This document shows, in pieces, positions 12,420-25,065 of a stretch of DNA of 64,000 bases (its first letter is position 1; each line of letters opens with the position of its first letter). The DNA is from Macrostomum lignano. Its lineage: Eukaryota. Below the pieces are notes generated by a model. The model saw nothing but the letters and a program-made list of their open reading frames with translations, was not told the origin of the DNA and searched no databases. The stretch covers positions 62,001 to 126,000 of the forward strand of contig NIVC01002742.1 of assembly GCA_002269645.1 (NCBI GenBank), written 5' to 3'. The position numbers were made by a program, and so were the translations under genes.

Positions 12420-15400
12420 CAGCCAAGCACCGCTCGCGCCCTCGCCGCCCTCGCTACCGCCGTCACGCCCAGGTCACTGTCCTCGTCCTCGCCATCGTCC
12501 TCCTCGCTGGTGTCACCGCCGCAGCCGCCGCGGCAGTCCGCTGCTCGAGCCCGCAGCCGGTGAGCACCAGCGACACCGCCTCGCCGTTCCTGTCGTCAAT
12601 GAGGCGCAGCACCCGAGCCGGCAGGGTCAGGCGGGTCACCTGGCGACGAGCCGTCTCGAACTGGTGCACAATGTAGGCCAGGAGCATGTGCTGGCGGAAC
12701 TCCACCGAGTCCTGCAGCAGAGCAATCTGCTGGGTGAGCATCGCCACGCCGAAGTTCAGAGTGAACACCGCCACGCACAGGTAGACAATGGCCTGCGGCC
12801 ACAGCACTAGGTAGTCGGCGAGGCCGCGGAACTCCGTCAAGCCGAAGGTGTATCGAAATGTGCGAATCACGAAGTCCGGGACGCAGGCCAGCGGCTGCAG
12901 TCGGTCTGACAAATTTGCGGGTTGCGATTTCATGGCGATTGGATGGTGACTGGATGGTGACTGGATGGTGACTGGATGGTGATTGGATGGTGATTGGATG
13001 GTGATTGGATGGTGATTGGGTGGTGATTGGTGATTGGATGGTGATTGGATGGTGATTGGATGGTGACTGGATGGTGATTGGATGGTGATTGGATGGTGAT
13101 TGGGTGGTGATTGGTGATTGGATGGTGATTGGATATGATTGGATGGTGATTGGATGGTGATTGGTGATTGGATGGTGACTGGATGGTGACTGGATGGTGA
13201 CTGGATGGACTGGATGGTGACTGGATGGTGACTGGATGGTGACTGGATGGTGACTGATGGTGACTGGATGGTGACTGGATGGTGACTGGATGGTGACTGG
13301 ATGGTGACTGGATGGTGATTGGATGGTGATTGGATGGTGATTGGATGGTGATTGGATGGTGATTGGGTGGTGATTGGTGATTGGATGGTGATTGGATGGT
13401 GATTGGGTGGTGATTGGTGATTGGATGGTGATTGGATGGTGATTGGATGGTGATTGGTGATTGGATGGTGACTGGATGGTGACTGGATGGTGACTGGATG
13501 GTGACTGGATGGTGACTGGATGGTGACTGGATGGTGACTGGATGGTGACTGGATGGTGACTGGATGGTGACTGGATGGTGACTGGATGGTGACTGGATGG
13601 TGACTGGATGGTGATTGGATGGTGATTGGATGGTGATTGGATGGTGATTGGATGGTGATTGGGTGGTGATTGGTGATTGGATGGTGATTGGGTGGTGATT
13701 GGTGATTGGATGGTGATTGGATGGTGATTGGATGGTGACTGGATGGTGATTGGATGGTGATTGGATGGTGATTGGGTGGTGATTGGATGGTGATTGGATA
13801 TGATTGGATGGTGATTGGATATGATTGGATGGTGATTGGATGGTGATTGGTGATTGGATGGTGATTGGATGGTGATTGGATGGTGATTGGATGGTGATTG
13901 GATGGTGACTGGATGGTGATTGGATGGTGATTGGATGGTGATTGGATGGTGATTGGATGGTGATTGGATGGTGATTGGATGGTGATTGGGTGGTGATTGG
14001 TGATTGGATGGTGACTGGATGGTGATTGGATGGTGATTGGATGGTGATTGGGTGGTGATTGGATGGTGATTGGGTGGTGATTGGTGATTGGATGGTGATT
14101 GGATGGTGATTGGGTGGTAATTGGATGGTGATTGGATGGTGATTGGATGGTGATTGGATGGTGATTGGGTGGTGATTGGATGGTGATTGGATGGCTATTA
14201 TATGGTGATTGGATGGTGATTGGGTGGTAATTGGATGGTGATTGGATGGTGATTGGGTGGTGATTGGATGGTGATTGGATGGTAATTGGATTGTGATTGG
14301 ATGGTGATTGGATGGCTATTATATGGTGATTGGATGGTGATTGGGTGGTAATTGGATGGTAATTGGATTGTGATTGGATGGTGATTGGGTGGTAATTGGA
14401 TGGTGATTGGGTGGTAATTGGATGGTGATTGATGGTGATTGGGTGGTGATTGGATGGTGATTGGATGGTGATTGGATGGCTATTATATGGTGATTGGATG
14501 GTGATTGGGTGGTAATTGGATGGTGATTGGATGGTGATTGGATGGTGATTGGATGGTGATTGGTGATTGATTGTGAGTCACAGTTAGAGTTAACTAATAG
14601 CTTTAAAAATAGTAAAGAATGACTCAGCTTGAGTCCATATAGTCCGACAACATAAAAAATCTACTCACATATCCTCATTGCCCCAACAAGCGCACTACTC
14701 ACTGGAATGAACGGCTGGCTGAGCAGCAGAGTGCAGCCCACCATAAATATTGGCGCGCAGATCAGGTACACCATCTTCGAGGACACGTTCAGACTGTACA
14801 GCACGTAGAAAAATATCCTGTGATGCAGGGACATGTCGCACATCATCACCAGCAGCATCACCAGCAGGTATGTGCAGGTGGTTACTATGCAACCTGTAGC
14901 CGACTTTTATTGACGTAAAACACCTGCGGATCGTCTGTAGCTGAGTAGCTGCCGGCCAGGTCGATGAAGAACAGCTGCTCGAGCAGCAGGGCGACCAGCT
15001 GCATGAGCACAAAGCTCAGCATTACACCGTCGAACACGTCTCTACGCATTGTGACGGAGCTGCTGAGCCAGCGAGCGCCCAGCCAGTCTCTTCTGGCTGA
15101 CCTGCGAGGATTTTCAACTGCACGGTATGAGAGCAGCTACTGACAGTAGAAATGCAAGCATTTTGCTCGGATTGCTTAATGTAAGACACGGGAGTGCCCA
15201 ATCAAAGACACGGGAGTGCCCAATCAAAGACACGGGAGTGCCCAACCCAAGAGACGGCAGTGCCCAATATAAGAGACAGGAGTGCCCAATACTAGACACT
15301 ACAGTGCCCAGTCAAAGACACGGGGAGCGCCCAATCTAAGACATGGGAGTGCCCAATCCAAGACACGGGAGTGCCCAATCCAAGACACGGGAGTGCCCAA

Positions 15401-18399
15401 TATAAGACACGGGAGTGCTAAACCCAAGAGACGGCAGTGCCCAATATAAGAGACAGGAGTGCCCAATCCAAGGCACAGGGAGTGCCCAATCCAAGACACA
15501 GGGAGTGCCCAATCCAAGACACAGGGAGTGCCCAATCCAAGACACTGGAGTGCTCAATCCAAGACACTGGAGTGCTCAATACAAGACACGGGAGTGCCGA
15601 ATCAAAGACACGGGAGTGCCCAATCAAAGACACGGGAGTGCCCAATCAAAGACACGGGAGTGCCCAACCCAAGAGACGGCAGTGCCCAATATAAGAGACA
15701 GGAGTGCCCAATACTAGACACTACAGTGCCCAGTCAAAGACACGGGGAGCGCCCAATCTAAGACATGGGAGTGCCCAATCCAAGACACGGGAGTGCCCAA
15801 TCCAAGACACGGGAGTACCCAATACAAGACACTACAGTGCCCAATCAAAGACACGGGAGTGCCCAATATAAGACACGGGAGTGCTAAACCAAGAGACGGC
15901 AGTGCCCAATATAAGAGACAGGAGTGCCCAATCCAAGGCACAGGGAGTGCCCAATCCAAGACACAGGGAGTGCCCAATCCAAGACACAGGGAGTGCCCAA
16001 TCCAAGACACTGGAGTGCTCAATCCAAGACACTGGAGTGCTCAATCCAAGACACTAACCTGTGCAAGCTGTAGTGGTTGATCATCTTCATCCCGATCCAG
16101 GCTCCCCAGCAGCCGAAGATGCCAATCTGCAGCACGAGTCGTACATAAAACACGTACCGGAATGCGCTCAGGGTCTCCGGCGACACGAGTCGCAGGTAGG
16201 AAATCACTGAGCTGTCGTTGCCGCCATCAGAAGAAAAGTCGGACTCGAGCCCGGGCACTCGAACTTCCACGCTAGCATTGAAAGTGTCGCGAGTGAAAAT
16301 TCGCACTGTGAGGGTGAGCAGGCTGAAGTACATGAACAGGTACGAGAACGCCGAACTGAATGTGACGCTTTTCTGGCCAATCAGCGGGCGAAGGCTGGCG
16401 AAGTAGGCTCGGGCGACGCGGCTCCTGTAGAAGCGCAGGTGGCCGCGGCGACAGAGCCTCGCCGAGGCGCGGCTGGGCAGCGTTCACCAGGCGAAGGAAC
16501 GGCGACTTCAGGAAACGGGGACCACCGGCGCATGCGTACGGCGTCAGGTGGATCTCCTCCGTGCTCAGGCGGGAGTCGGTGGGGTGCGGGCTGACCCGAA
16601 TGAGGTGGCCTGTGAAACCGTGATGCGGGATTTGGTATCTGGGATCATGATGTGGGATCTGGGATCGTGATGTGGGATCTGGGATCAGGATGTTGGATCT
16701 GGATCAGGAGGATGGATTTGGGATTTGGGATCACGATGCTGGATTAGGGATCTGGAATCTGGTATCAGGATGGGCGATTTGGGATTTGAGATCAGGGATC
16801 TGAAGTCAGGATGCGACATGTGGGATTAGTGATCTGGGATCTGGAAGAGAGGATCTGGGATTATTTTATGGATATGAGATCTCAGGATTCGGAATGGGAT
16901 CATCCTCATCAATAAGTGAGTTTAGGAGTTTAAGATGTAAACGGGTTGGGATTAGAATGTGGGATCAGGACATGGAAGACTGGCTGAAGTGTACATAGTG
17001 AGATCCTGCCTCAGCAAGATGAGCACCAGTTCTGAGCACCAGTCTACTACTGGCTGACTGACCCGGCGCGTTGGCAAAGGCGTCCACCAGGTAGAAGAGG
17101 TCCCAGGTGGCCGCGAACTCGACTGGCCGCATCGCCTCGACGGTGGCCTCCTCCAGCAGCAGGCGGGCGCAGAAGTCGGCGTGCCGACGCGTCAGGCCGC
17201 AGAAGAGTCGCGCCAGTCGAAGCTGGCGGCCGGGAAGTTCCGGGCAGCAGCAGAGGTCGGCCAGGCCGAACAAGGCGCACCGGACGCCCGGCCACAGGCT
17301 GTTGTCTGGCCGAGACTCCACCAGCTGGACAGTCCGGTCTATCAGCGTCTGATCGCCGGTCAGCAGCACCTGCGGGCAGGAGTTTGCGGATGCTGGATGG
17401 CTGTAGTTCTGCCGTACTTGCAGCTGCATCAGGTTGAATTGTCTCAGCGTTGGATATGAGGTCTGTGAAGGCCCGCCGGACCTCCCTGACTGGCCCCGCG
17501 ACTTCGTTTCTAGTGGGGTTTCTACTTTCTCCCATCCATCTGTGTCTCTCCTACCCTCCCTGTGTCTCTCCTATCCCCCTGTGTCTCTCCTACCCTCCCT
17601 GTGTCTCTTCTACCTCCCTGTGTCTCTCCTACCCCTGTGTCTCTTCTACCCTCCCTGTGTCTCTCCTACCCCCTGTGTCTCTCCTACCCCCTGTGTCTCT
17701 TCTACCCTCCCTGTGTCTCTCTCACCCTCCTTGTGTCTCTCTATGTCCCTACCACCCTCCTGTGAGATTAAGCATTGCAGCAAAGTTAAAGTCAAATTCA
17801 AGCATCTTTTGCAAATTCAAAGCCGTCTTCTAAAAAATAACCAGTGACGATTTCGTATGGAATTTAAATTCAGACACTGATTAATTAACCTGCACAAAGA
17901 CGCTCAGCTCGAGCTCTGTTTCGGCTCTGATCGCTCGTCGACTTCGCATCGGCGACTCCCGGCTGTAGCGGCATCTGTAGCGGCCGTCGCGACCGACTCC
18001 GTGTCCGAGTAGTAGCAGAGCGTCCGGACTGCGCTCCAGCTCGGCTGAGAACTGCTCAAACTGGCCGGAGTACAACAGCTGCAGCGCCTCATCAACTGTT
18101 TTTGCTTGCTCGGCGGCGTCGCTGGCTGCGGAGACCTTCGGCTTCACGGGCGACGCCTCGATATCGAGCACCGTCAGCTGTTCGTCGAGCGACTTCTCTT
18201 GGTTCTCCATTTCAGTCGCCAGCATATTAGCGGCCGGTTTCGGTTTGACTTTGTGGCAGAAGTTTTTATACATTGCCAATCTAGCTGCTGCTGCTGCTGC
18301 TGCTGCTGTTATTCTGTGCAAATCTGGCCAGGTCATAGCCGCGAATAGCAGCTGCTTCAGATATTTATGCAACCCGACTGGCAAGCTATTGTTAGCCAA
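12420..18399 (-). CDS. Divergent TRP-like (TRPV/TRPA-type topology) cation channel; 3 apparent frameshifts
   Basis: Exons 18399-17890, 17423-~16990, 16609-16059, 15101-14669 and 12905-~12420; phases match where both sites were found. Six hydrophobic segments, pore-like FRYTFGLTEF, S6-like IVYLCVAVFTLNFGVAMLTQ and TRP-box-like EFRQHMLLAY. Frame switches near 16470, 14905 (AAAA run) and 12530. Confidence 0.7.
12937..14572. repeat. 11-bp minisatellite (GGATGGTGA(T/C)T)n, 1.6 kb, TRP-like intron
   Basis: About 145 units read directly. Confidence 0.95.
15182..16054. repeat. About 21-bp minisatellite (AAGACACGGGAGTGCCCAATC) with an about 420-bp higher-order duplication, TRP-like intron
   Basis: The same variant series starts near 15182 and near 15603. 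Confidence 0.9.
16625..16965. repeat. Degenerate GGGATCT-type repeat, TRP-like intron
   Basis: Repeated gggatct/ggatc motifs; the reverse complement resembles the CCCAGATCCC core of the EGFR intron arrays. Confidence 0.7.
17538..17760. repeat. About 20-bp pyrimidine-rich repeat (CTGTGTCTCTCCTACCCTCC), TRP-like intron 1
   Basis: About 11 units. Confidence 0.85.
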
Positions 18400-18640
18400 T
18401 TAATTAAATATTGTTGTGATTGATCTAATCAGCTTAATTATAGTAAATGCATTTACATGTAGTTGCTAAAAGGATTGATTCTTTTTTTGCCTAATATGGA
18501 AGCTCTCTGGCACCCAGTCAGGACACGATCCTTCATCAAGAATTTGATTGCTGTTTATTGAATCGAGGAGCCATACATGCAATCTCATTAATCCATGAGT
18601 CTATACATGTAAATCAATGTGAGCGGCTGACGTGATACGT

Positions 18641-18846
18641 GGGGTTGTAGCCTTAGTGGTCTAGCGCGGTTGCTCTGTTGTCCCAGCGGCCCAGGCTTCC
18701 AGTCAGCAAGTTGAGTGTGTGCCTGTGCGTGTGACTGCGTACGTATCCTTACCTGCTCCAGATCCGGGGAAGATCGGCGGCATCGGTTATGTCGGTTGTG
18801 TGTGACTGCAATGTCGCTTAAGTGCGCCCAAGGGTGCACACAGCCC
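18641..18846 (+). mobile_element. SINE family B copy (tRNA-like head, internal deletion)
   Basis: Head GGGGTTGTAGCCTTAGTGG...CCAGCGGCCCAGGCT. The 3' body (gactgcgtacgtatcc ... aatgtcgctt(g)aagtgcgccca(ag)ggtgcacacagccc) matches 52990-53125. Confidence 0.75.
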
Positions 18847-21324
18847 TGCCTAGCCTAGACTAGTCGACGTAATGCATGTAATTTAATATTAAAATAATTA
18901 ACAACTCATACTGAAATGGCATCCCATTGATGGCTAATTCAGCGATTAATTATTAAAATTGTAATAAAATTTGCCTAATAGAACCAGGTAGCACATATAG
19001 AACCACATTTTCCGAGGATTCTGTAGCACCGTGTTTTCATGTTTTTGCAGACTAAGAATTGTAATCAATCATAACAATCAACAATAAAGTTCATGCATAT
19101 TTTGTAATCAACAAAAGCAATAACCCTTGCAGAATTAGTTCTATTGTTTTGGACATATAAACGTTTTTCTGAGTTATTGAATCTATGCTTTTTATACATA
19201 TAAGGCGCAATAGTGAATCGTTAAAAAGTTTTGGCAATGTTTTTGTTAAAAATGTGGGCACACGAACAAATGTCCATTTTTCTTAGAAAAATAGTTTGTG
19301 TTTCAGTTCTTTTCACGATTACCTGCATGTATCTGGCAGAAATTCGCTTGTCAATTAACCTAAAGTCAAAGACAATGTTTCTCTAGAGCTTTGGGCCTAG
19401 TCAACTACTGGAGCCTGGAGGTTAAATGCAGATCACGGTTTTTTGTTTGGGTGGGACTGTAATTCAATTTTTTGTTGGATTTGAAATAACAAAAAGATCA
19501 TAATTGGAATCCATTGTTAACGAATGAATGTAAAACATAGTAAAACTAAAAGCATATCGACTTAAGGTTGCATAGGCAAGATCTTGATTTTGCTAAGATC
19601 CTAAGATTAGGATTTGGATCCTATCCTAATGCCTTACTCCTTTCTCTACTTATTTACTAATTGACTAACTCAAAGATATTTTTTAAATGATAATTGATAA
19701 CAAACAACTAGGTTAGGCTATATGGCTATGTTGCCAAATTCCTAATTTTTTGATAGGTCATCAATGATAGGTCATTAGTTTGTATAGGATAAAAATTAAA
19801 ATAGGTATTTTGACTAGCTTCTATTAAACTTAAAGATTGCTACTTAAGAGATATAGCTTATATAAGGCCTATTTTGATTTTTTAAAGTTTGCTTCGCAAT
19901 TGATATTATTAGAAATTAAGCCTACTTTTATCTAGATTGTTTATTTAGTTATATATATTATTAAATTAACAAATGTTTTTCCTAAAGGCATAGAGAAAGG
20001 GATAAGACAGATCTTAAATAGCCTAAAAGTTATCTATTTTAAAAATATATGATAGATATATCTATTGTAAAAGTAGTTTATTACCCCTAAAAGTAACTCT
20101 TTCAAAATAATTTTTTGGCTATATGCCTAGCTCCTAATTTATGTATAAAACTTAATCTTTGATTGTAACTATATAAATCTTTCAATATTATTGCTTTATT
20201 TCAGACTTTGGTATCCTTGGCCTTTCAGCTTTCAGGCAGATGCAATGTCATTGACATTTAATAAATACTTGTAACAAAAGCTTACAAGTATGCCTAAGTA
20301 TCAAGATTTATCATTGGCTGAGTGAAATAAACTGATAAAATTATAAATTTTCTATAGAAGCTACAGCTGACCTAAAGCAATCTCAGCATATATTTGGCAC
20401 ACATATGGCATTTTCTAATTCTCATGTGGTAAGTGTTTCATTTGTTTTTTGGCTTTGTTTTAGAAGATATTAAGCTTTAGTTAAATTGCACTTGATTTGT
20501 TCTTGGGCATTGCTAGCCTAAATGTAAGACAACATTATTAACACATTACCATGTGTTCTATTGCTTTTGTAGTATGTCCAATTGCCTGACTGTTTTGAAA
20601 ATTTTGTATTTATGCTGCATCATAATTTATTGGCCACAAATTGAGCAGATTAAATTACGCAGATTTACTAATTAGGTGGCGAGTCGTGTATTTACTAAAA
20701 TATGGTAATAGTTACTCGCGCCGTTTACCCAATACAGAGCCCATATCATTGCTTTGAGATTAAAACTGGAGCAAGTCAGAAACAAGGCTTCTTTGATCTT
20801 CGCCGCCGCAGATTGACTGACTCACCACCAGCTTGACCCTGACACCTCTATCCTCCCTACCCTCTTTGCTCGCCCCATAAATTGGTTCTGCTAGCGCTGG
20901 GGTCGCTTGCCTCACATCTCGCTATAGCTGCCACGCGCGTGGCTTTGGGGTCAGAAAATCTCTTCTAATAAAAATTCTGGCCCCTTGGTTTACCTCTTGG
21001 AAAATCATGGTGGCCATGAAGCGATTATCTCGCCGCCATGTGACTGCTGCTGTGATTTTTTTGTAGCATTTATTACTTCTAGTTCACGGTTGGTGCAAGT
21101 CTTCAGTTTTTAGGGGCGGTCTCCCATCTTTGTGCTGCAGCAACGTTCTAGTTGACTTAATTGCTTCTGTTTTCTTGTCTTATCTACTCAGCTGTTCTCC
21201 ATATTTCTCTCTTAGCCCTCAAATGCCGCATCATTTGTCCTTCAACCTGTGTTTCATGCCTGTCCATCTGTGTCTACCTCTATGCTACCCCTCTCCCTCA
21301 CACTACACCTGTACCACCCACCGC

Positions 21325-21660
21325 CCTCTGTATCTCCCTCTGTAGCTCCCTCTGTACCTCCCTCTGTACCTCCCTCTGTACCTCCCTCTGTAGCTCCTTC
21401 TGTACCTTCCTCTGTAGCTCCCTCTGTAGCTCCCTCTGTAGCTCCCTCTGTAGCTCCCTCTGTACCTCCCTCTGTACCTCCCTCTGTACCTCCCTCTGTA
21501 GCTCCCTCTGTAGCTCCCTCTGTACCTCCCTCTGTACCTCCCTCCGTACCTCCCTCTGTACCTCCCTCTGTACCTCCCTCTGTACCTTCCTCTGTAGCTC
21601 CCTCTGTACCTCCCTCTGTACCTCCCTCTGTACCTCCCTTTGTAGCTCCCTCTGTATCTT
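21325..21660. repeat. 12-bp minisatellite (CTCCCTCTGTA(C/G))n
   Basis: About 28 units. Confidence 0.9.
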
Positions 21661-22596
21661 CCACCTCCCTCCCATCTCCCTTTACCTCCCTCTCCTCGTT
21701 TCTTATCTCTCTGTCTCCCCTCTCTCCCCCGCCCAGTGTTTCTCTGTCTATCTCATCCTGCCCCCGTCTTCCTTTCTATCTCATCTTTCCTGTCTTCCCC
21801 CTTTTCTGTCTCCCTCTCTTCGAAGACATAATTTTGAGCGTTTTCGACTATTGCAAGATAGCCACGTTGATTAAAAATTAATAGGAAAATTTTTTTACTT
21901 GCTTAACTTGTACAGTTGGAAGGCCGTACTTTGACTCATAGAGGTCGTTTCCATGGTTTCATGTGGGTGTATTGTGCATGTGGGGGAGTTCAAGGCAAGC
22001 GGTGGCATGATCTCCCAAAGTCCTCAGTGGTTCTCTCTCCCCTCTGCTCCCAAGTGCAGATTTTTCCTGGTGGCGCTCTCCCCTCTATCCCTCTCTGCCC
22101 CCTCTATTCCAACCATACCCCATAGAATTCTAGATAACTAACTGGAAGAGAAGGCTCACTTTTTCGTGGGTCGAAAGCGGACACAACCGGGCCGAGTCAT
22201 TTTAGCTTGTTTAAACGGCCTGCCTTTCCCTATCCAGGGAATACTCTACATAGAGTATGAGAGTATGTAGAGTATTCCCTGCCCTATCTCAGTCCCACTG
22301 ACTAAGCGGGGTTTGAGGTGGGCAGGCTCTTCACAAGGCTTGGAAGTTTTTTTGTCCTAGACAGGAGAAAAACCCTTCGGAGGGGAAGGAAGATCCCCGG
22401 TAAATCAGTGCTGTTTCTTTGTCTGTGATGCACACGGGGTAACAGGCCCCCCACTTGAAAGCTGAACGCATGCACATTGGGTGTACATTTGCTCGCATGC
22501 TTTTGAGGATGCCTTCTCCACTTCACCCTAAATGAAAAATTTCTAAAGATTCGATATGATGCATGCTATATCAGAGACTATAGTCAGAGAAAAAGA

Positions 22597-22845
22597 ATGG
22601 TTTATAAATACGCAGCTTACAACTACAGGTCTGGATCTGGATATGCAACTACAAATAAAAATCCAGCGGTTCAATCTTCAGGAGCAGAAAGCAGAATATT
22701 TTCTCATGTGCTTCCTTTGCATGATTTTCAACTATTTGAAGAGTGGTCGCAACGAATTCGAAGGGTAAACTACCAACCCAGGACAGAATCTCAACTGTTG
22801 CACTTTATTGCCACCGATTTTCACACAACGTCACAAGATTCTTAG
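22597..22845 (+). pseudogene. Degenerate THAP zinc-finger domain (transposase N-terminus relic)
   Basis: MVYKYAAYNYRSG...FSHVLP...EEWSQRIRR..YQP..SQL--LHFIATDF matches the THAP pattern C-x4-C...FP...W...P...C-x2-HF. The first two Cys read as Tyr (TAC) and the third is deleted. Confidence 0.65.
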
Positions 22846-23715
22846 TGAGCGCAGGAGAAACAGCGACACTCTGAATAAGGAATGATGGTGTGCCGGTGTG
22901 CCCTCCATACAACAACGAAATGCGCTGTCAGCCATTCCAGCGAGTCATGGTCACGAGAGACAAGGACAACGTCACACGTTTCAGGGCCTGGGCGCGAACC
23001 GCCGGCCGCACCGCCGGCAGAGTCCGGGGCGCCGGCATTAGCCGGCAAGAAGTCGACGAAACACAGACTGCGCGCCTGTCCCCGCCGGTAGGTTGCCTGC
23101 AGCGACAGCAGCAGCACTTCCTGCACCGGCTGTGGACTTTAGGACTCGGCTCGGATGATGTGGCCAGCTGGAGTCGTGGACGGCGCAAAAGTTTGCTGGG
23201 AAGGGACAGGCCAGTGCGGCGATAGAGCCCGCATTGGTGACGTGCTCGCAGCCGATCTTAAAGACAGGCCAGCGTGCGCCGCATTGACCTGCTGTTCGAG
23301 CGAATCCGTCAGTGTCCAGGTCTCGGTGTTGTACAACAGGACGGTCTCGATCACCGCCTTGAACAACGCCGCCCTCTGGCGGTCAGGCAGGGCCTCGGAC
23401 TGCAGAGCAGCGCTCACGAAACGGAAGGCAACCCAAGCAAGTCCACGGCGACGTGCTAGGTCCTCTGGAACATCAAGCACCATGGTCTGCAGACCGCCGA
23501 GGCAGACGAACTGCTGACAGTGCGGAAGCTTCGACACCTGCCTGTCAGCGTCTCGGTGTTCGAAGCACGACGATCTTCTGCGTGTTGACCCCCAGGCCGA
23601 CGCTCGCAGCAACGCTCACAAGCTGGTCCAGCTGGCGCTGGGCGCGTTCGACGGTCGGCAGGAAGAGACTCGACGAAATCGTCGAGTTTGACCGCGATGT
23701 ATCAGGTGAAATCGA
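22842..23715 (-). mobile_element. 5'-truncated RTE-clade non-LTR retrotransposon fragment inside the THAP element
   Basis: Broken RT C-terminal motifs: ERAQRQLDQLVSVAASVGLGVNTQK, DLARRRGLAWVAF, RAALFKAVIETVLLYNTETWTLT, RRRLQLA/GHIIRAES. Confidence 0.85.
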
Positions 23716-24549
23716 TCGCCGGAAAGTACCGCGATGCAGTGGCGATGGTACCGCGATGTATCTTCTTCATAGATTAGATTAAGCAGCTAATTTTCTGTTC
23801 ATACTATGATTTTTACTGATCCCATCCCATGTGTTTACTTTGCGGCTTTGCAAAAATATTAGTTTTGTTAAGATATGTCACAAATACCTTTAGAAACTCT
23901 TAATAAGCACTGACTTGTTAATTAAAAAAATAAACTTAAAGAATCAAATATTACTCTTAATAGCAGCAGCCAATTATTAGTGAAAACATTAGTGTTGAAT
24001 AAGGCAGCCAGAAAACATGCAGGCTCCCACTCGGCCCGGTTGTGTCCGCCCCCCCAAAAAAGCCTTCGCTTCCAGTTAGTTATCTAGAATTCTATGGGGT
24101 ATGGTTGGAATCATAGTATGGTTGGAAGCATACCCTGTCCAAGGAGATCTTCAACCATAATCTGGAGTGCTAGCTTTTCTGTGCCAAATCATCTATTAAA
24201 GGGGCCAAATTCGCACTCCAGATGCTCTTTTGTTCAATGCTTGGTTCGCCTTGTTCCTCTTTCTATAAGCCACCCATAAGGGGGAAGAGTTAAAGTGCAT
24301 ATGGGCCGGGTATCGCTGCTGAACAAAATGCATTGGCAAGATTGGGAGTTTTCAGTTTTTTTTGTAACAATAAATTACCTATGTTAGGTATAGTTAAAAG
24401 ATAGTATAGCTTTTTTGCAGCCCACTTGGGCTTATGCGTATTGTCCCATGTTGTACGCTCATTATTCAACGTTTTAAAATCATTATTCAATGCTACTAAA
24501 ATTCTTACATATACAGTACGTTATTTTAAGAATTTCGGTGTTGTTTGGA

Positions 24550-25065
24550 CTCATTTTGGCGCCTTGTGCACTCATTTTGGCGCCTTGTGCACTCATTTTG
24601 GCGCCTTAGGCACTCATTTTGGCGCCACAGCCAGACACTCATTTTGGCACTCAGTTTGGCGCCACAACCAGGCACTCATTCTGGCGCCTTAGGCACTCAT
24701 TTTGGCGCCACAACCAGGCACTCATTTTGGCGCCACAACCAGGCACTCATTTTGGCGCCACAACCAGGCACTCATTTTGGCGCCACAACCAGGCACTCAT
24801 TTTGGCGCCACAATTAGGCACTCATTTTGGCGCCACAACCAGGCACTCATTTTGGCGCCACAACCAGGCACTCATTTTGGCGCCACAGCCAGGCACTCAT
24901 TTTGGCGCCTCAGCCAGGCACTCATTTTGGCGCCACAGCCAGGCACTCATTTTGGCGCCTTTGGGACACACATTTTGGCGCCACAACCAGGCACTCATTT
25001 TGGCGCCTTTGGGACACACATTTTGGCGCCACAACCAGGCACTCATTTTGGCGCCTTAGGCGCTA
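24550..25065. repeat. 25-bp minisatellite (AGGCACTCATTTTGGCGCCACAACC)n upstream of the TRIM gene
   Basis: About 21 units; related degenerate copy at 44065-44335. Confidence 0.9.

Larger units (their letters stand above)
22106..24111. mobile_element. TIR DNA-transposon relic carrying a decayed THAP domain
   Basis: Perfect 43-bp inverted repeat (22106-22148 / 24069-24111, ATTCCAACCATACCCCATAGAATTCTAGATAACTAACTGGAAG), with further inner inverted similarity (GCGGACACAACCGGGCCGAGT). Internal ORF 22597-22845 is THAP-like. No TSD found. Confidence 0.7.
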
